NCBI GenBank assembly: GCA_945901405.1
Contig: CAMDLH010000034.1
Coordinates: forward strand, 1-32,000
Source of the DNA: Bordetella parapertussis
GTDB lineage: Bacteria > Pseudomonadota > Gammaproteobacteria > Burkholderiales > SG8-41
DNA: 32,000 nucleotides
Direction of reading: 5' to 3'
The position numbers and the translations under genes are program-made. The notes under the pieces are model-generated. The model was not told where the DNA came from. It searched no databases and saw nothing but the letters and a program-made list of their open reading frames with translations. Below, piece after piece: positions 9,527-19,300 of the stretch (position 1 is its first letter; every line of letters begins with the position of its first letter).

Positions 9527-10111
9527 TCAGCACTCCACGGCCGTGGTGCGGGGCAGCGCGGCGATACGCTGTCCGCAAGCGAAAACGATGTCGATGCCGC
9601 GGGGGAACAGCGCGCGCATCGCCTGAATCTCGCCCCAGCGATCCGCGCCGATGCCGGCGACGTCCAGACGCACCGGATGCAACAAGCCAGGGCCGGAAAG
9701 TTTCACGCCCGAGGCATTGGATAAATTCGCGGCCTGTATGATCAGCGTCGCGGAGCGGTCCGGATATTGCGCATCGCCGGCGCTGAATGCCGACAACCGG
9801 GGCATCATTGCTGCGTTCGTGATTAACGCGAATCGTGCCTGTGCGGGCTCCGGGGTAATCGGACATCCGCAATGAAACCGCAGATACTCCGCGACGGCGG
9901 CATCAGGCGTTTGCAGCCACAGAGGCGTCTCGAAATCGAGCAGCGTCAGGCAGATGGCCGCGGCCGCCGGCATGAGTTGTCCTGGCGCCGGCGGATTCGC
10001 CGCCATGCGCTTGATTTCTCCGGGATGCGCCATCGCGTCCGCCAGGGCGCGGAATACCTTGATGCTGTCGAAGACGGGCTGATCCAGTCCAGGCGCCAGC
10101 GCCACATCCAT
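9527..10111 (-). CDS. phnH: C-P lyase core complex subunit PhnH
   Basis: 194 aa. Contains the VFRALADAMAHPGE motif and lies between phnG and phnI. Its ATG overlaps the phnG TAA (TAATG). Confidence 0.9.
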   Translation of the reverse strand: MDVALAPGLDQPVFDSIKVFRALADAMAHPGEIKRMAANPPAPGQLMPAAAAICLTLLDFETPLWLQTPDAAVAEYLRFHCGCPITPEPAQARFALITNAAMMPRLSAFSAGDAQYPDRSATLIIQAANLSNASGVKLSGPGLLHPVRLDVAGIGADRWGEIQAMRALFPRGIDIVFACGQRIAALPRTTAVEC

Positions 10112-10590
10112 TATTTGCTTCCCCCAGCGGCTTGGGCTTCCCGAGCCATGGTGTAGAACTCAACCTTGGTGGCCGCCGCTTTGCGCGCCGCCAGATCGCG
10201 CCGCGCCGACTGCCGAGCCGCCAGTGTCGAGATTACACGGGCATTTATTTTCGCGTGATAACGCATGTCCTGAAGCATTGCATCCAGACGCGCGGCGAGC
10301 TCGGCGTGACGCGCATCGCGTCCCTGCACCCAGGCGTGTCCGGCCGTGCCATCATCCAGACTGATCGCACAACGTGTCACGGGCACTTCGCCCAGATTGA
10401 ACTTCGCACCACCCCCGCCGATGCGCCCACGCACCATGACCAATCCGGTTTCCGGCCTGCGCAGCCACTTGAATGGCGGCAACGCGCCCAGCGGCGCACA
10501 CGCTGACTCGATTTGCTCCGCACTGGCCTTCGCCAGCACGCTCATCCAGTGCCTGCGCTGCTCGATTGCCTGTAGTTGGGGCGGGCTCAC
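10111..10590 (-). CDS. phnG: C-P lyase core complex subunit PhnG
   Basis: RRHWMSVLAKA...GLVMVRGRIGGGG...RCAISLDDGTAGHAWVQGRD...VEFYTM aligns with E. coli PhnG (about 150 aa). I favour GTG 10590 (159 aa). It is preceded by GGAAAG 7 nt upstream and lies downstream of the predicted promoter. The 239-aa ORF-track version starts upstream of that promoter. Confidence 0.8.
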   Translation of the reverse strand: MSPPQLQAIEQRRHWMSVLAKASAEQIESACAPLGALPPFKWLRRPETGLVMVRGRIGGGGAKFNLGEVPVTRCAISLDDGTAGHAWVQGRDARHAELAARLDAMLQDMRYHAKINARVISTLAARQSARRDLAARKAAATKVEFYTMAREAQAAGGSK

Positions 10591-10625
10591 TATTGATCTT
10601 TCCAGTTCTTCCTTAATTGGCGGCA

Positions 10626-10659
10626 AATCTACAGGGCAAATGTGAAGATTTGATGACCA
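10626..10659 (-). promoter_or_regulatory. Pho-box-like promoter of phnGHIJKLM
   Basis: Minus strand reads TGGTCATCAAATCTTCAC (11/18 to consensus, with half-sites GTCAT and TTCAC 11 bp apart). A 10-bp spacer and TAGATT follow. Confidence 0.4.
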
Positions 10660-10682
10660 TGCGGCAACTTCGATTCGCCGCC

Positions 10683-10716
10683 CTGTCATTGTTTTGTAAC
10701 CGTCGTACGCAAGACT
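10683..10716 (+). promoter_or_regulatory. Pho-box-like promoter of the DUF1045-phnN operon
   Basis: CTGTCATTGTTTTGTAAC matches 13/18, followed by a 10-bp spacer and AAGACT. It lies about 50 nt upstream of ATG 10769. Confidence 0.45.
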
Positions 10717-10768
10717 GGTGCGCCACACAGAACTCGAGACACGCATGCTCGTCGAACAAAAGGAATCC

Positions 10769-11548
10769 ATGGGTGCGTCATCGGCTCGCCGTGCGCTGTT
10801 CTCCCCCTGCATTGATGCGCGCTTTGCCATTTATTGCGCTCCGAACGTAAACAGCGCATGGTGGAAGTTCGGTAGTGCATGGCTGGGGCGCGATGCCATT
10901 TCGTCCGATTCGACTGCGCATCGGAACCACGGCGAGCTGGACAGTCAATTCATACACCGAATTACCGCCACACCGCGCCGTTATGGCTTTCATGCGACAT
11001 TGAAGGCTCCGTTCCAGTTGTCCGCGGGGCGCGTCGCGCAACATGTTTACCTTCAGGCCGAAACACTCGCCGCGTCTCTGCGCCCAGTGCGATTGCCGCC
11101 GCCGCGCCTGCAAGTCATTGATGGATTTGTAGCATTGGGGTTTGACCGCGAAGATGCGGCGAGCAGAGCAGCGAGCGCAGCGGCAAACGCCATTGCCGCG
11201 CAATGCGTGTCATGTTTTGACAATCTGCGCGCGCGTCCGGATGCGGTGGAGATCGCGCGGCGTCAGGCCGCCGGATTAAGCGCGCGGCAGGCTTGCCTGC
11301 TTGCACAATGGGGCTATCCTTTTGTTTTTGACGAATTTCGCTTGCACTTCACGCTCACGGAGCGATTGAATCCCGCCGATCAGGAACGCGTAATCGATGC
11401 GCTGAGTCCGGCGGTGGCCGCGCTCGGCGCGGAACCATTCATGCTCGATGCACTTTCGATCTATCTGCAGCCGTCGCCTGCGGAGCCATTCGTTGCGGTG
11501 CGCCGCTACGGTTTTGACGGCAGCCTCGAAATCTACGGCAATGGTTGA
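10769..11548 (+). CDS. DUF1045 / 2H-phosphoesterase-family phosphonate metabolism protein (PhnPP-like, likely functional substitute for PhnP)
   Basis: 259 aa counted from ATG 10769, with AAGGA 5 nt upstream. Two HxT motifs (GFHATLK and LHFTLT) are typical of 2H phosphoesterases. It is fused in an operon with phnN (8-nt overlap). Confidence 0.75.
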   Translation: MGASSARRALFSPCIDARFAIYCAPNVNSAWWKFGSAWLGRDAISSDSTAHRNHGELDSQFIHRITATPRRYGFHATLKAPFQLSAGRVAQHVYLQAETLAASLRPVRLPPPRLQVIDGFVALGFDREDAASRAASAAANAIAAQCVSCFDNLRARPDAVEIARRQAAGLSARQACLLAQWGYPFVFDEFRLHFTLTERLNPADQERVIDALSPAVAALGAEPFMLDALSIYLQPSPAEPFVAVRRYGFDGSLEIYGNG

Positions 11549-12128
11549 CGGTCGCTTGGTCTATCTGATCGGGCCGTCCGGCTCGGGCAAGGACACTCTC
11601 ATCGCATTAGCGCGAAAAATTCTCAACAAAAACAATGACTTATATTTTTCCCGCCGCTACGTAACACGCGCCCACGCCGAGGGTACCGATGTTGCCTGCA
11701 CAGCGGAAGAATTCGCAGGCTATGTAAAGCGCGGCATATTCGCGCTTAATTGGGAAGCGCACGGACTGCGCTACGGCATCAAGACCGTCATCGACAGTCA
11801 ATTGCGCGCGGGTAAATGCGTGGTAGTCAACGGTTCGCGCGCCTATCTTGCGGCTGCGCTCGCAAGGTATCCGCGGTTGATTCCGGTGTTGATCAGCGTG
11901 CCTCCCGAGGTTGCACGCGAGCGCCTGCTTGCGCGCAAGCGCGAGGATGCCGCATCCATGGCGGAGCGGTTATCACGCTCGCCAGGTATTGCCGTGCCGC
12001 CGTCGCGGCTCGTAACCGTCGATAACAACGGCCCGCCCGAGGAGGCCGCGCGCGCGTTGGTGGAAATTCTAGTCGGGGATGGGCATCAAGGCTTCGGCGG
12101 TACGCATAGCCGCGTCAGCGCGCTCTGA
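11541..12128 (+). CDS. phnN: Ribose 1,5-bisphosphate phosphokinase PhnN
   Basis: 195 aa. Has the guanylate-kinase-like P-loop LIGPSGSGKDTL and the motifs SRRYVTR and LRYGI. Confidence 0.85.
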   Translation: MVDGRLVYLIGPSGSGKDTLIALARKILNKNNDLYFSRRYVTRAHAEGTDVACTAEEFAGYVKRGIFALNWEAHGLRYGIKTVIDSQLRAGKCVVVNGSRAYLAAALARYPRLIPVLISVPPEVARERLLARKREDAASMAERLSRSPGIAVPPSRLVTVDNNGPPEEAARALVEILVGDGHQGFGGTHSRVSAL

Positions 12129-12563
12129 GGTATCGATAACAAAGCTGATGCCGTGCCGGCGAAAGCCCAGCGATTCGTAAAAACGATGCGCGTCGGCGCG
12201 CTTGATGTTGGATGACAGAGCCAGCTTGTAACAGCCCGCGGTGGCGGCAAGCCGCATCGCTTCGTGCATCATTTTTTGGCCGATGCCTTCGCCGCGCCGA
12301 TGCGCGGCAACCACCACGCCATCAACCAGCCCCTCGGAAGCGCCGCCATGCACAAGCGCGGCGAATATCAGCAAGGTAAACGTGCCGACCGGCTCCGCCC
12401 CGTCGAAGGCGAGATAACAGCGGTAATCCGGGTAGCGCGCCATCTCGCGAAAGATGCGTTGCGCGCGCGTGATCGACATCGGCGGCTCGCTGTCCATTTG
12501 CGCCAGTAAACGTACCACGACGGACAGTTCACTCCGCTTCGCTTCCCGCACGGCCAGTTTCAT
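12069..12563 (-). CDS. phnO: GNAT N-acetyltransferase, PhnO-like (aminoalkylphosphonate N-acetyltransferase candidate)
   Basis: 164 aa. LSSNIKRADAHRFYESLGFRRHGISF resembles E. coli PhnO [26 protein letters not shown]. It is the last gene of the phnCDE operon, and its ATG overlaps the stop of the upstream gene. Confidence 0.6.
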   Translation of the reverse strand: MKLAVREAKRSELSVVVRLLAQMDSEPPMSITRAQRIFREMARYPDYRCYLAFDGAEPVGTFTLLIFAALVHGGASEGLVDGVVVAAHRRGEGIGQKMMHEAMRLAATAGCYKLALSSNIKRADAHRFYESLGFRRHGISFVIDTSERADAAMRTAEALMPIPD

Positions 12564-13102
12564 CGTACGCAGCGCTCCATGATTTTTGCGTAGTGCGTGA
12601 GTCCGGGGGTCGGCTTACGGGGCGTTTTTGCCTGGTCATCCCACGTGCGCAGTCGCGCGGCATCGCGACCGAAGGGCTGCGTGATGAATTTTTTGGCATC
12701 ACTGGCGCTGAAAGGACCGCCCTGAAGCTCAAGGCTCAGTTTTGACGCGGGCGACAACGCGTCGAGATATTCCGGGTCAACACGGCACAAATAACGCTTG
12801 GCATCGACATGCAGGCGTATCGGCGCCAACACCCCATCACCAAAACTGCGCCGCAAAACGTGCAGCGCACGAAACTGGTGCTTGTCATCCACGCCCAGCT
12901 TCGCAGCGTCTTCTCCCAGATCGTGAGTCAAATGCCCGAGGTCGTGCAGCAGCGCGGCGACGATCAATTCATCGGCTGCGTTTTCCTGCTCGGCCAGATG
13001 CGCGCATTGCAACGCGTGCTCAAGCTGGCTGACCCGCTCGCCGCCGTAGCGATGCGCGCCTGCCCGCCCGAGCAAATCAAGTACCGGGTTCAAGTTTCGC
13101 AT
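12560..13102 (-). CDS. Phosphonate-operon-associated HD-domain protein (PhnZ-like / Phn-HD family)
   Basis: 180 aa counted from ATG 13102, 5 nt after the phnE stop. Contains YGGERVSQLEHALQCAHLA...AALLHDLGH, which is the HD motif. Located inside the phn transporter operon. Confidence 0.7.
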   Translation of the reverse strand: MRNLNPVLDLLGRAGAHRYGGERVSQLEHALQCAHLAEQENAADELIVAALLHDLGHLTHDLGEDAAKLGVDDKHQFRALHVLRRSFGDGVLAPIRLHVDAKRYLCRVDPEYLDALSPASKLSLELQGGPFSASDAKKFITQPFGRDAARLRTWDDQAKTPRKPTPGLTHYAKIMERCVR

Positions 13103-13107
13103 TGTTT

Positions 13108-13926
13108 TCAGATAAACGCGCGGCGTATGCGCGCCGACAGTACATCGATCAGGCTGACGGTCACCACGATCATCAGCATCACCGCGCAGGTTTGTGCATA
13201 TTGGAACCCGCGGATGATCTCCCACAGCACCACACCGATTCCGCCCGCGCCCACCATGCCGACCACCGCCGCCGAGCGCACATTGGATTCAAAGCGGTAG
13301 AGTGAGTACGAAATCCAAAGCGGCAGCACCTGCGGGATCACGCCAAAGATGATTTCTTCCAGCGGATGCGCGCCGGTCGAGCGTATGCCCTCGATCGGCT
13401 TGGGGTCGATGGTTTCCACCGCCTCGGAAAAAAGTTTCGCGAGTATCCCCGTGGTGTGTATGAATATGGCCAGCACGCCGGCGAAAGGCCCCAGACCGAC
13501 CGCAACCACGAACAGCATCGCGAACACCATTTCGTTGATGGCGCGCGCACCGTCCATGACGCGGCGCATCGGCTGGTACACCCACCACGGCACGATGTTG
13601 TTCGAGCACATCAGCCCGCAGGGAATCGCGCACACGATCGCCAGCACCGTGCCCCAGAGGGCAATGTGCAGCGTGATGACCATTTCGTTGAGGTACACAC
13701 GCCATTCGGTGAAGTCCGGCGGAAAAAACCCGGCGGCGTACGTCGCCATGTTGCCGGCGTCGCGCACCAGTGCGAGCGGGCGCATGTCCGCGCCCTGCCA
13801 TGCCCAGGCAAGCATGGCGCAAGCGACACCCCATGCCAGCAATACCGCCAGCGACTGCCTTGGCGCCTGCGGTATTTGCATCGACGGCGCCGCCGCCGGG
13901 ACGCGAGATAGAGACGTGGCCGTCAT
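13108..13926 (-). CDS. phnE: Phosphonate ABC transporter permease PhnE
   Basis: 272 aa multi-pass membrane protein with a PhnE-like [19 protein letters not shown] loop. Lies downstream of phnD. Confidence 0.9.
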   Translation of the reverse strand: MTATSLSRVPAAAPSMQIPQAPRQSLAVLLAWGVACAMLAWAWQGADMRPLALVRDAGNMATYAAGFFPPDFTEWRVYLNEMVITLHIALWGTVLAIVCAIPCGLMCSNNIVPWWVYQPMRRVMDGARAINEMVFAMLFVVAVGLGPFAGVLAIFIHTTGILAKLFSEAVETIDPKPIEGIRSTGAHPLEEIIFGVIPQVLPLWISYSLYRFESNVRSAAVVGMVGAGGIGVVLWEIIRGFQYAQTCAVMLMIVVTVSLIDVLSARIRRAFI

Positions 13927-13937
13927 GTTCCGAGCAA

Positions 13938-14921
13938 CTACTGTTTCGCCGCCAGTTGAGTGTTCAACTGCGCAAGCTTGCGGTTGATCTCATCGAGTTT
14001 GGCGGTTTTCTCGGCGGCGCTCATCGCGGTATCGTTTTCAATTCGGGTCTTGTCCTTGAACAACTCCAACTGGCGAATGGGTATCAACTGCCGGTCGTCG
14101 GAGGCCTTGAAGCCCGCGGTCGTGAGTTTCTGCATGATGGCCTTTTCGCGCGCGGCATCCGCACCCGTGCCGCCATAGGTGAGCATGAAATCGCGCACCT
14201 TCTTCTTCAAGTCCGGCGCGAGATCCTTGCGCCACACCAGCGGGTCACTGGGAATCAGCGGCGACTTCCAGATTACGCGTATGTCTTTAGCCTTGTCGGG
14301 AAACTTTGCCGTGAAGCGTTCCAGGTTTTCGGTATTGTTGGTCGCCACGTCGACTTGCCTGTTTGTCACGGCAAGCAGGTTGGTTTCGTGGCTTGCGCCG
14401 CGCGCGGATTTGAAATGCGTCTTCGGGTCGATCTTGTTCAGCGCGAAGACGTAGTACGACGGCACCAGAAAGCCCGAGGTCGAATTCGGGTCGCCGTTGC
14501 CGAAGTTCAGACTCTTGCCGTTTTTCAGCATGTCTTCGAGCGTGCGAATCCGGCTATCCTTATGCACCACGAGCAGCGAGTAATAGCCCTGACTGCCATC
14601 CGGCGCGATCATCTGCGCGAACACTTCGCCATTGGCGCGGTCAACCGCCTCCATCGCCGACTTGTTGCCGAACCACGCGACCTGCACTTTATTGAAGCGC
14701 ATCGCCTCGATAATGCCCGCATAGTCGGATGCAAAGAACGCGTTGATCTTCAGACCAGTACGCTTTTGCATGTCCTCGATCAGCGGTTGCCAGTTCTCCT
14801 TCAGATTGGTCGACGACTCCGTGGAAATAATGCCGAAGTTGATTTCATTCGTGCTCTGCGCGTAGGCCGGCGCCCACGCCGCGGCGATCATCAGCAGTAC
14901 TATTCTGAATAGACGTAACAT
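13938..14921 (-). CDS. phnD: Phosphonate ABC transporter substrate-binding protein PhnD
   Basis: 327 aa counted from ATG 14921, with signal peptide [31 protein letters not shown]...[26 protein letters not shown]...[14 protein letters not shown] is near-collinear with E. coli PhnD, including the C-terminal helical tail. Confidence 0.95.
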   Translation of the reverse strand: MLRLFRIVLLMIAAAWAPAYAQSTNEINFGIISTESSTNLKENWQPLIEDMQKRTGLKINAFFASDYAGIIEAMRFNKVQVAWFGNKSAMEAVDRANGEVFAQMIAPDGSQGYYSLLVVHKDSRIRTLEDMLKNGKSLNFGNGDPNSTSGFLVPSYYVFALNKIDPKTHFKSARGASHETNLLAVTNRQVDVATNNTENLERFTAKFPDKAKDIRVIWKSPLIPSDPLVWRKDLAPDLKKKVRDFMLTYGGTGADAAREKAIMQKLTTAGFKASDDRQLIPIRQLELFKDKTRIENDTAMSAAEKTAKLDEINRKLAQLNTQLAAKQ

Positions 14922-14964
14922 TGTAAGTCCTTGTTTTAAATAAATAATTTGTAGTTCCGTAATA

Positions 14965-15804
14965 TCAGGCCGCTGCTGATTCGGTAACTGGAAACGGCAG
15001 TACAAGTCCGCTTGAATGTCCCCTGGCGCCGTCGTGAGGCGGCGCGAAGAGTTCGTCCACTTCGGCGCCATAGATGTCGGCGAGCTTTGCGTTGGTCAGT
15101 AGCGCGGACGGCCCGTCGTAGAACACCTGACCCTGCCGTAGCGCCACCACGCGCGGACAAAACTGCCGGGCAAACTCCACCTGATGCAGCGACACCACCA
15201 CCGTACAGCGGTCTTCTCGATTAATGGCGGCAAGAATCTCCATCACGCGGCGCGACGATTCCGGGTCGAGCGAGGCGATGGGTTCATCCGCGAGTATCGT
15301 GCGTGCACCCTGCACCAGCGTGCGCGCGATCGCGCCGCGCTGCTGTTGACCGCCGGAGAGCGTGGAGGCGCGCTGCCACGCGTAATCCAGCATGCCGACG
15401 CGATTGAGCGCCTCCATGCCGCTACGAGTCTCTTCGCGCGTGAAACGGCGCAGCATGCCGCGCCACAACGGCACGCGATGCAGCAGCCCCGCCATCACAT
15501 TCGTGATCAGCGGCAGGCGTCCGACCAGATTGAATTGCTGAAATACGAAACCGGTGCGCGAACGCACGCCGCGGATACCGCGGCTCAAGCGGCCGTCGCG
15601 CTGAACCGGCAGGCCGCCGGCCTCGACGTAGCCGCGCTCGCCCAGCGTCAGCCCGGACACATGGCGCAGCAGTGTTGATTTGCCGGAACCCGACGCGCCG
15701 ATCAGGCCGACCATTTCGCCAGACTGAATCTCCAACGATACGCCGTCGAGCGCCTTGCGCGCGCCGAAGGTCTTGTGCAGTTGACTAATCACAATCGCGG
15801 ACAT
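14965..15804 (-). CDS. phnC: Phosphonate ABC transporter ATP-binding protein PhnC
   Basis: 279 aa counted from ATG 15804. Has Walker [10 protein letters not shown], signature LSGGQQQR, and FQQFNLV typical of PhnC. Confidence 0.9.
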   Translation of the reverse strand: MSAIVISQLHKTFGARKALDGVSLEIQSGEMVGLIGASGSGKSTLLRHVSGLTLGERGYVEAGGLPVQRDGRLSRGIRGVRSRTGFVFQQFNLVGRLPLITNVMAGLLHRVPLWRGMLRRFTREETRSGMEALNRVGMLDYAWQRASTLSGGQQQRGAIARTLVQGARTILADEPIASLDPESSRRVMEILAAINREDRCTVVVSLHQVEFARQFCPRVVALRQGQVFYDGPSALLTNAKLADIYGAEVDELFAPPHDGARGHSSGLVLPFPVTESAAA

Positions 15805-15818
15805 GGCCGTACCCGTGT

Positions 15819-15857
15819 AAAAACCTGCATCATCATGCAGTGCCAATGTGACATTGG
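15819..15857 (-). other. Two small hairpins plus a T-run between the sORF and phnC (possible attenuator or processing element)
   Basis: Minus strand reads CCAATG-TCA-CATTGG (15843-15857), then CTGCAT-GATG-ATGCAG (15825-15840), followed by G and TTTTT (15819-15823). This lies 15 nt upstream of the phnC ATG. Confidence 0.3.
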
Positions 15858-15875
15858 TGTTAAGGATTTCTTACA

Positions 15876-16028
15876 TCACGGCATGCCCACGCCGCGGCCA
15901 TGAACAAAATCATCATCGTCGAATTCGTCGTCGTCTTCATCCGGAAGATCATCGGGTTCATTGAATTCGCACCACAGCGGGAGCCGCGGCAAGCGCGCAT
16001 CGATCACATCAGAGATTAATGTTTGCAT
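15876..16028 (-). CDS. Candidate unannotated 50-aa acidic small protein
   Basis: Hand translation gives MQTLISDVIDARLPRLPLWCEFNEPDDLPDEDDDEFDDDDFVHGRGVGMP*. The ATG at 16028 sits 9 nt after a -10-like TACAGT of a Pho-box promoter. It falls below the 60-aa ORF-track cutoff. Codon third-position GC is only moderate. Confidence 0.3.
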   Translation of the reverse strand: MQTLISDVIDARLPRLPLWCEFNEPDDLPDEDDDEFDDDDFVHGRGVGMP

Positions 16029-16037
16029 GGTGTATGC

Positions 16038-16071
16038 ACTGTAGCCGCGCTTCGTTACAGCGTGATGTCAC
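16038..16071 (-). promoter_or_regulatory. Pho-box-like promoter upstream of sORF/phnCDE
   Basis: Minus strand reads GTGACATCACGCTGTAAC (12/18, with second half-site CTGTAAC). A 10-bp spacer and TACAGT follow (compare phoA TATAGT). Confidence 0.4.
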
Positions 16072-16309
16072 GCCGGGACGTCCCGTACGCCACTGGAGCG
16101 AACGAATCGGGTGGATTTTTATGTCGCCGCACCAAGGCGCTCCGAATGTTTGGGGATAGTCATAGTAGTGAAATATTTACCGTACACACTTGGAGGTTTG
16201 CCGGATTCCGCGATGGCCTTAAAAGTCCAGCGCAGCTTGGAATTCCGTAATTTCGCTCGTATCGACCGCCCTCGTCCGCAACGCCATTCACTTAACAGGA
16301 GAATTTCAC

Positions 16310-19300
16310 ATGTCGCTATCAAACGTGGATCTGTCCACCTACGTACTGGTTGGTCAATACGACCTGCCCGAACCCACTCGCACCGCGGCGCCCGCCGACA
16401 GCTTGCTGGCGCAGGAAGTCTCGGCGGTGACTTACAACTGGGACACCGACACGTTGTTCGTGGTTGGTGATGGCGGCACATCGATCGTTCAGGTGACGAA
16501 GACAGGCGAGCTGATTAATTCGATGACTCTGGCGCCCGGCGGCAGTCCGCAGGGAACCGAGTTTTACGACACGGAGGGGCTGACCTATATCGGCAACGGC
16601 CAGTTTGTCATGATCGAAGAGCGGGATCGGCAGGCAGTGTTGTTCACCTACGAGGCCGGCGGCACGTTGACGCGCAGCGAAGCGCTTACCGTCGATCTGG
16701 GCACGTTCGTGCAAAACATCGGCATCGAGGGCATCTCTTATGATCCGTTAACCGGCGGATTTATCGCGGTCAAGGAGGCGCTTCCCGAAGGAATTTTTCA
16801 GACGGCCATCGATTTCGAGGCGGGTACCGCGACCAATGGATCATCCACCACCGAGAATTCAGTCAACCTGTTCAACCCGGTATTGCTCAACTTGTCGGAC
16901 TTTGCCGATGTCTTCGTGTTATCGAATTTGTCCGCCCTGAGCGGGCAGACCGATTACAGCCACCTGCTGGTATTGAGTCAGGAAGCGGGGGTTATTCTCA
17001 ACGTAGACCGTTCCGGCGTCATCTACAGTTCACTGACTATTACCTCGCCTGCCGGCAATCCCCTGACTGTTTCGGCCCAGCAGCACGAGGGCCTGACGAT
17101 GGACGCCAGCGGAAACCTGTATGTGGTCAGCGAGAACGGCGGCGGCGATTTTGATCACCCGCAGATCTGGGTCTACGCACCATCGTCGGTACCGAATCAG
17201 GCCCCAAGCGCGCTTGCGCTGACCAGTCCGGTCAATGCGATTGTAGAGAACACCAGCACGGCCACGCGGCTTAAGGTTGCCAATGTTGCGATCACCGATG
17301 ACGGTCTCGGCACGAATAACCTGACAGTATCAGGTGCAGACGCCGCCTTCTTCGAGGTTGACCGCAATGGCCTGTACCTCAAGGCCGGTACCATCCTCGA
17401 TTTCGAGACAAAGGCGAACTACAACGTCACCGTCAATGTCGATGACCCAGCGCTGGGCGGCACGCCGGATGCGAGTGCAAGCTTTGCGCTGGCGCTAACT
17501 GACGTTGCGGTGGAAACGCCACCCGTGCCCACGTTGATCATCTCCGAAGTCGCCCCGTGGTCCAGCGGCAATAGTCCGGTTGGCGCCGACTGGTTCGAGA
17601 TCACCAACACCGGCCAGATCGCCGTCAATATCAGCGGCTGGAAGATGGACGACAGTTCCAACTCTTTCGGCTCGGCGGTAACCCTGAACGGCATTACCAG
17701 CATCGCCCCCGGCGAATCGGTGATCTTCATTGAAACCAGCGATCTCGCAGGCAAGACCGCCGCTTTCCTGGCCAATTGGTTCGGCGCGAACCCGCCGGCG
17801 GGTCTGCACATCGGCAATTACTCCGGCGGGGGCGTCGGCTTGAGTACCGGCGGCGACGCCGTGAATCTGTTCAACGGCAGCGGCGTGCTCCAGGCCAACG
17901 TGGTTTTTGGCGCATCACCCGCGGGTCCATTCCCGACCTTCGATAACTGGGCGGGCATTAACAACGCGACGATTTCCCAACTGAGCGCGGCCGGCATCAA
18001 CAGCGGGTTCGTCGCGGCAAACGCGGCAAGTGAAGTCGGATCACCGGGAACGGCTGGCAAATTGTTTATCTCCGAAGTCGCGCCCTGGTCCAGCGGTAAT
18101 AGCCCCGTCGGCGCCGACTGGTTCGAGGTGACGAACACCACGGCTCGCGCGGTGAATATCAGCGGGTGGAAAATGGACGACAGCTCCGGTTCCCCTGCCG
18201 CCGCAGTCCCGCTGAGCGGCATTACCAGCATAGCGTCCGGTGAATCCGTCATCTTTATCGAAATGCCCGCCAGCGGCAATGCGGCCACCTACATCGCGAA
18301 TTTCAAGACGGTTTGGTTTGGCGACAACGCACCGGCGAACCTGCAAGTCGGCACTTATACTGGCGGCGGTGTCGGCCTGAGCACGGGCGGTGATGCGGTG
18401 AATCTCTACAACAGCGGCGGCGTGCTGCAGACCGGCATTTCCTTCGGCACTTCTCCCGCGGGCCCGCAGTTCGGAAGCTTTGACAATGCGGTTGCCTTGA
18501 GTGGCGTTGCCATTTCAAAACTCAGCGCTGTCGGGGTCAGCGGCGGATTCGCCGCGATCAACGATAACAACGAGATCGCCTCGCCGGGTGCGGTAGCAAC
18601 AGTGAATCAGGCGCCGGTGGCGGTTGACAACACGCTGTCGAGCATCGCCGAGGATTCCGGCCCCCGCACCATCAGCTTTGCCAGCCTGACGGCCAACGAC
18701 TCCAAGGGTTCGGTTACCGAAAACGCACAGAGCCTGACCATCATCGGCGTGAGCAACGCGGTTGGCGGTACCGTGAGCATCGCCGGAACGGACGTGATTT
18801 TCGCGCCGGCGCACAACTTCAACGGCCGTGCCAGCTTCGAATACACGGTGCAGGACAATGGCACGACGCGCAGCGTGAACAACTTCTTGAGCGACGCGGG
18901 CGCGGTAAGTTTCGACATTACGGCGGTCAACGACGCGCCGGAGGTTACACCCGCGACTTTTGACATAGCCGAGAATGACAGCGTGGCTGGCGTGGCGGCG
19001 GCCATCGATGCCGAGGGCGATGCTTTTACGTTTGCGCTGGAGGGCGGCGCCGATCAAGCCTTTTTCTCGATCGACGCCAATACGGGCGCGCTTTCCTTCA
19101 ACAACACACCCGATTTTGAAACGCCGGAAGACGCGGATAATGACAACACCTACGAAGTCCTGGTGGCGGCGACGGATATCTTCGGCGCCGTTGGCACGCA
19201 GACGATCAACGTCAAAGTCGGCGACGTGGTTGAGGCTGGTCTGGCCATTGACGGCGGCAACGGCAACGCTGTTCTGACGGGGGCCACCGGCAACGACACG

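Noticed and set aside
10591-10830. 80-codon N-terminal extension of phnG (the 239-aa version in the ORF track)
   Set aside because: PhnG homologues are about 150 aa. The extension would begin upstream of the predicted phnG promoter and overlap the divergent DUF1045 promoter and gene start. GTG 10590 has an RBS-like GGAAAG.
13770-14912. 380-aa ORF antisense to phnE/phnD
   Set aside because: Same high-GC antisense artefact. The minus strand is near-collinear with E. coli PhnD.
15847-15875. Three 11-bp-phased heptamers (TGTAAGA/CTTAACA/TGTCACA, minus strand) just upstream of phnC, considered as a Pho box
   Set aside because: Only one heptamer is a good match. No -10-like hexamer sits at the 10-bp spacing seen at the other promoters. 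The region is better explained by the CCAATG/CATTGG hairpin.
16023-16481. ORFs of 75, 119 and 120 aa in and around the phnC/RTX intergenic region
   Set aside because: They have alternative start codons, no RBS and odd composition. They also overlap the well-supported RTX gene start (AGGAG plus ATG at 16310).
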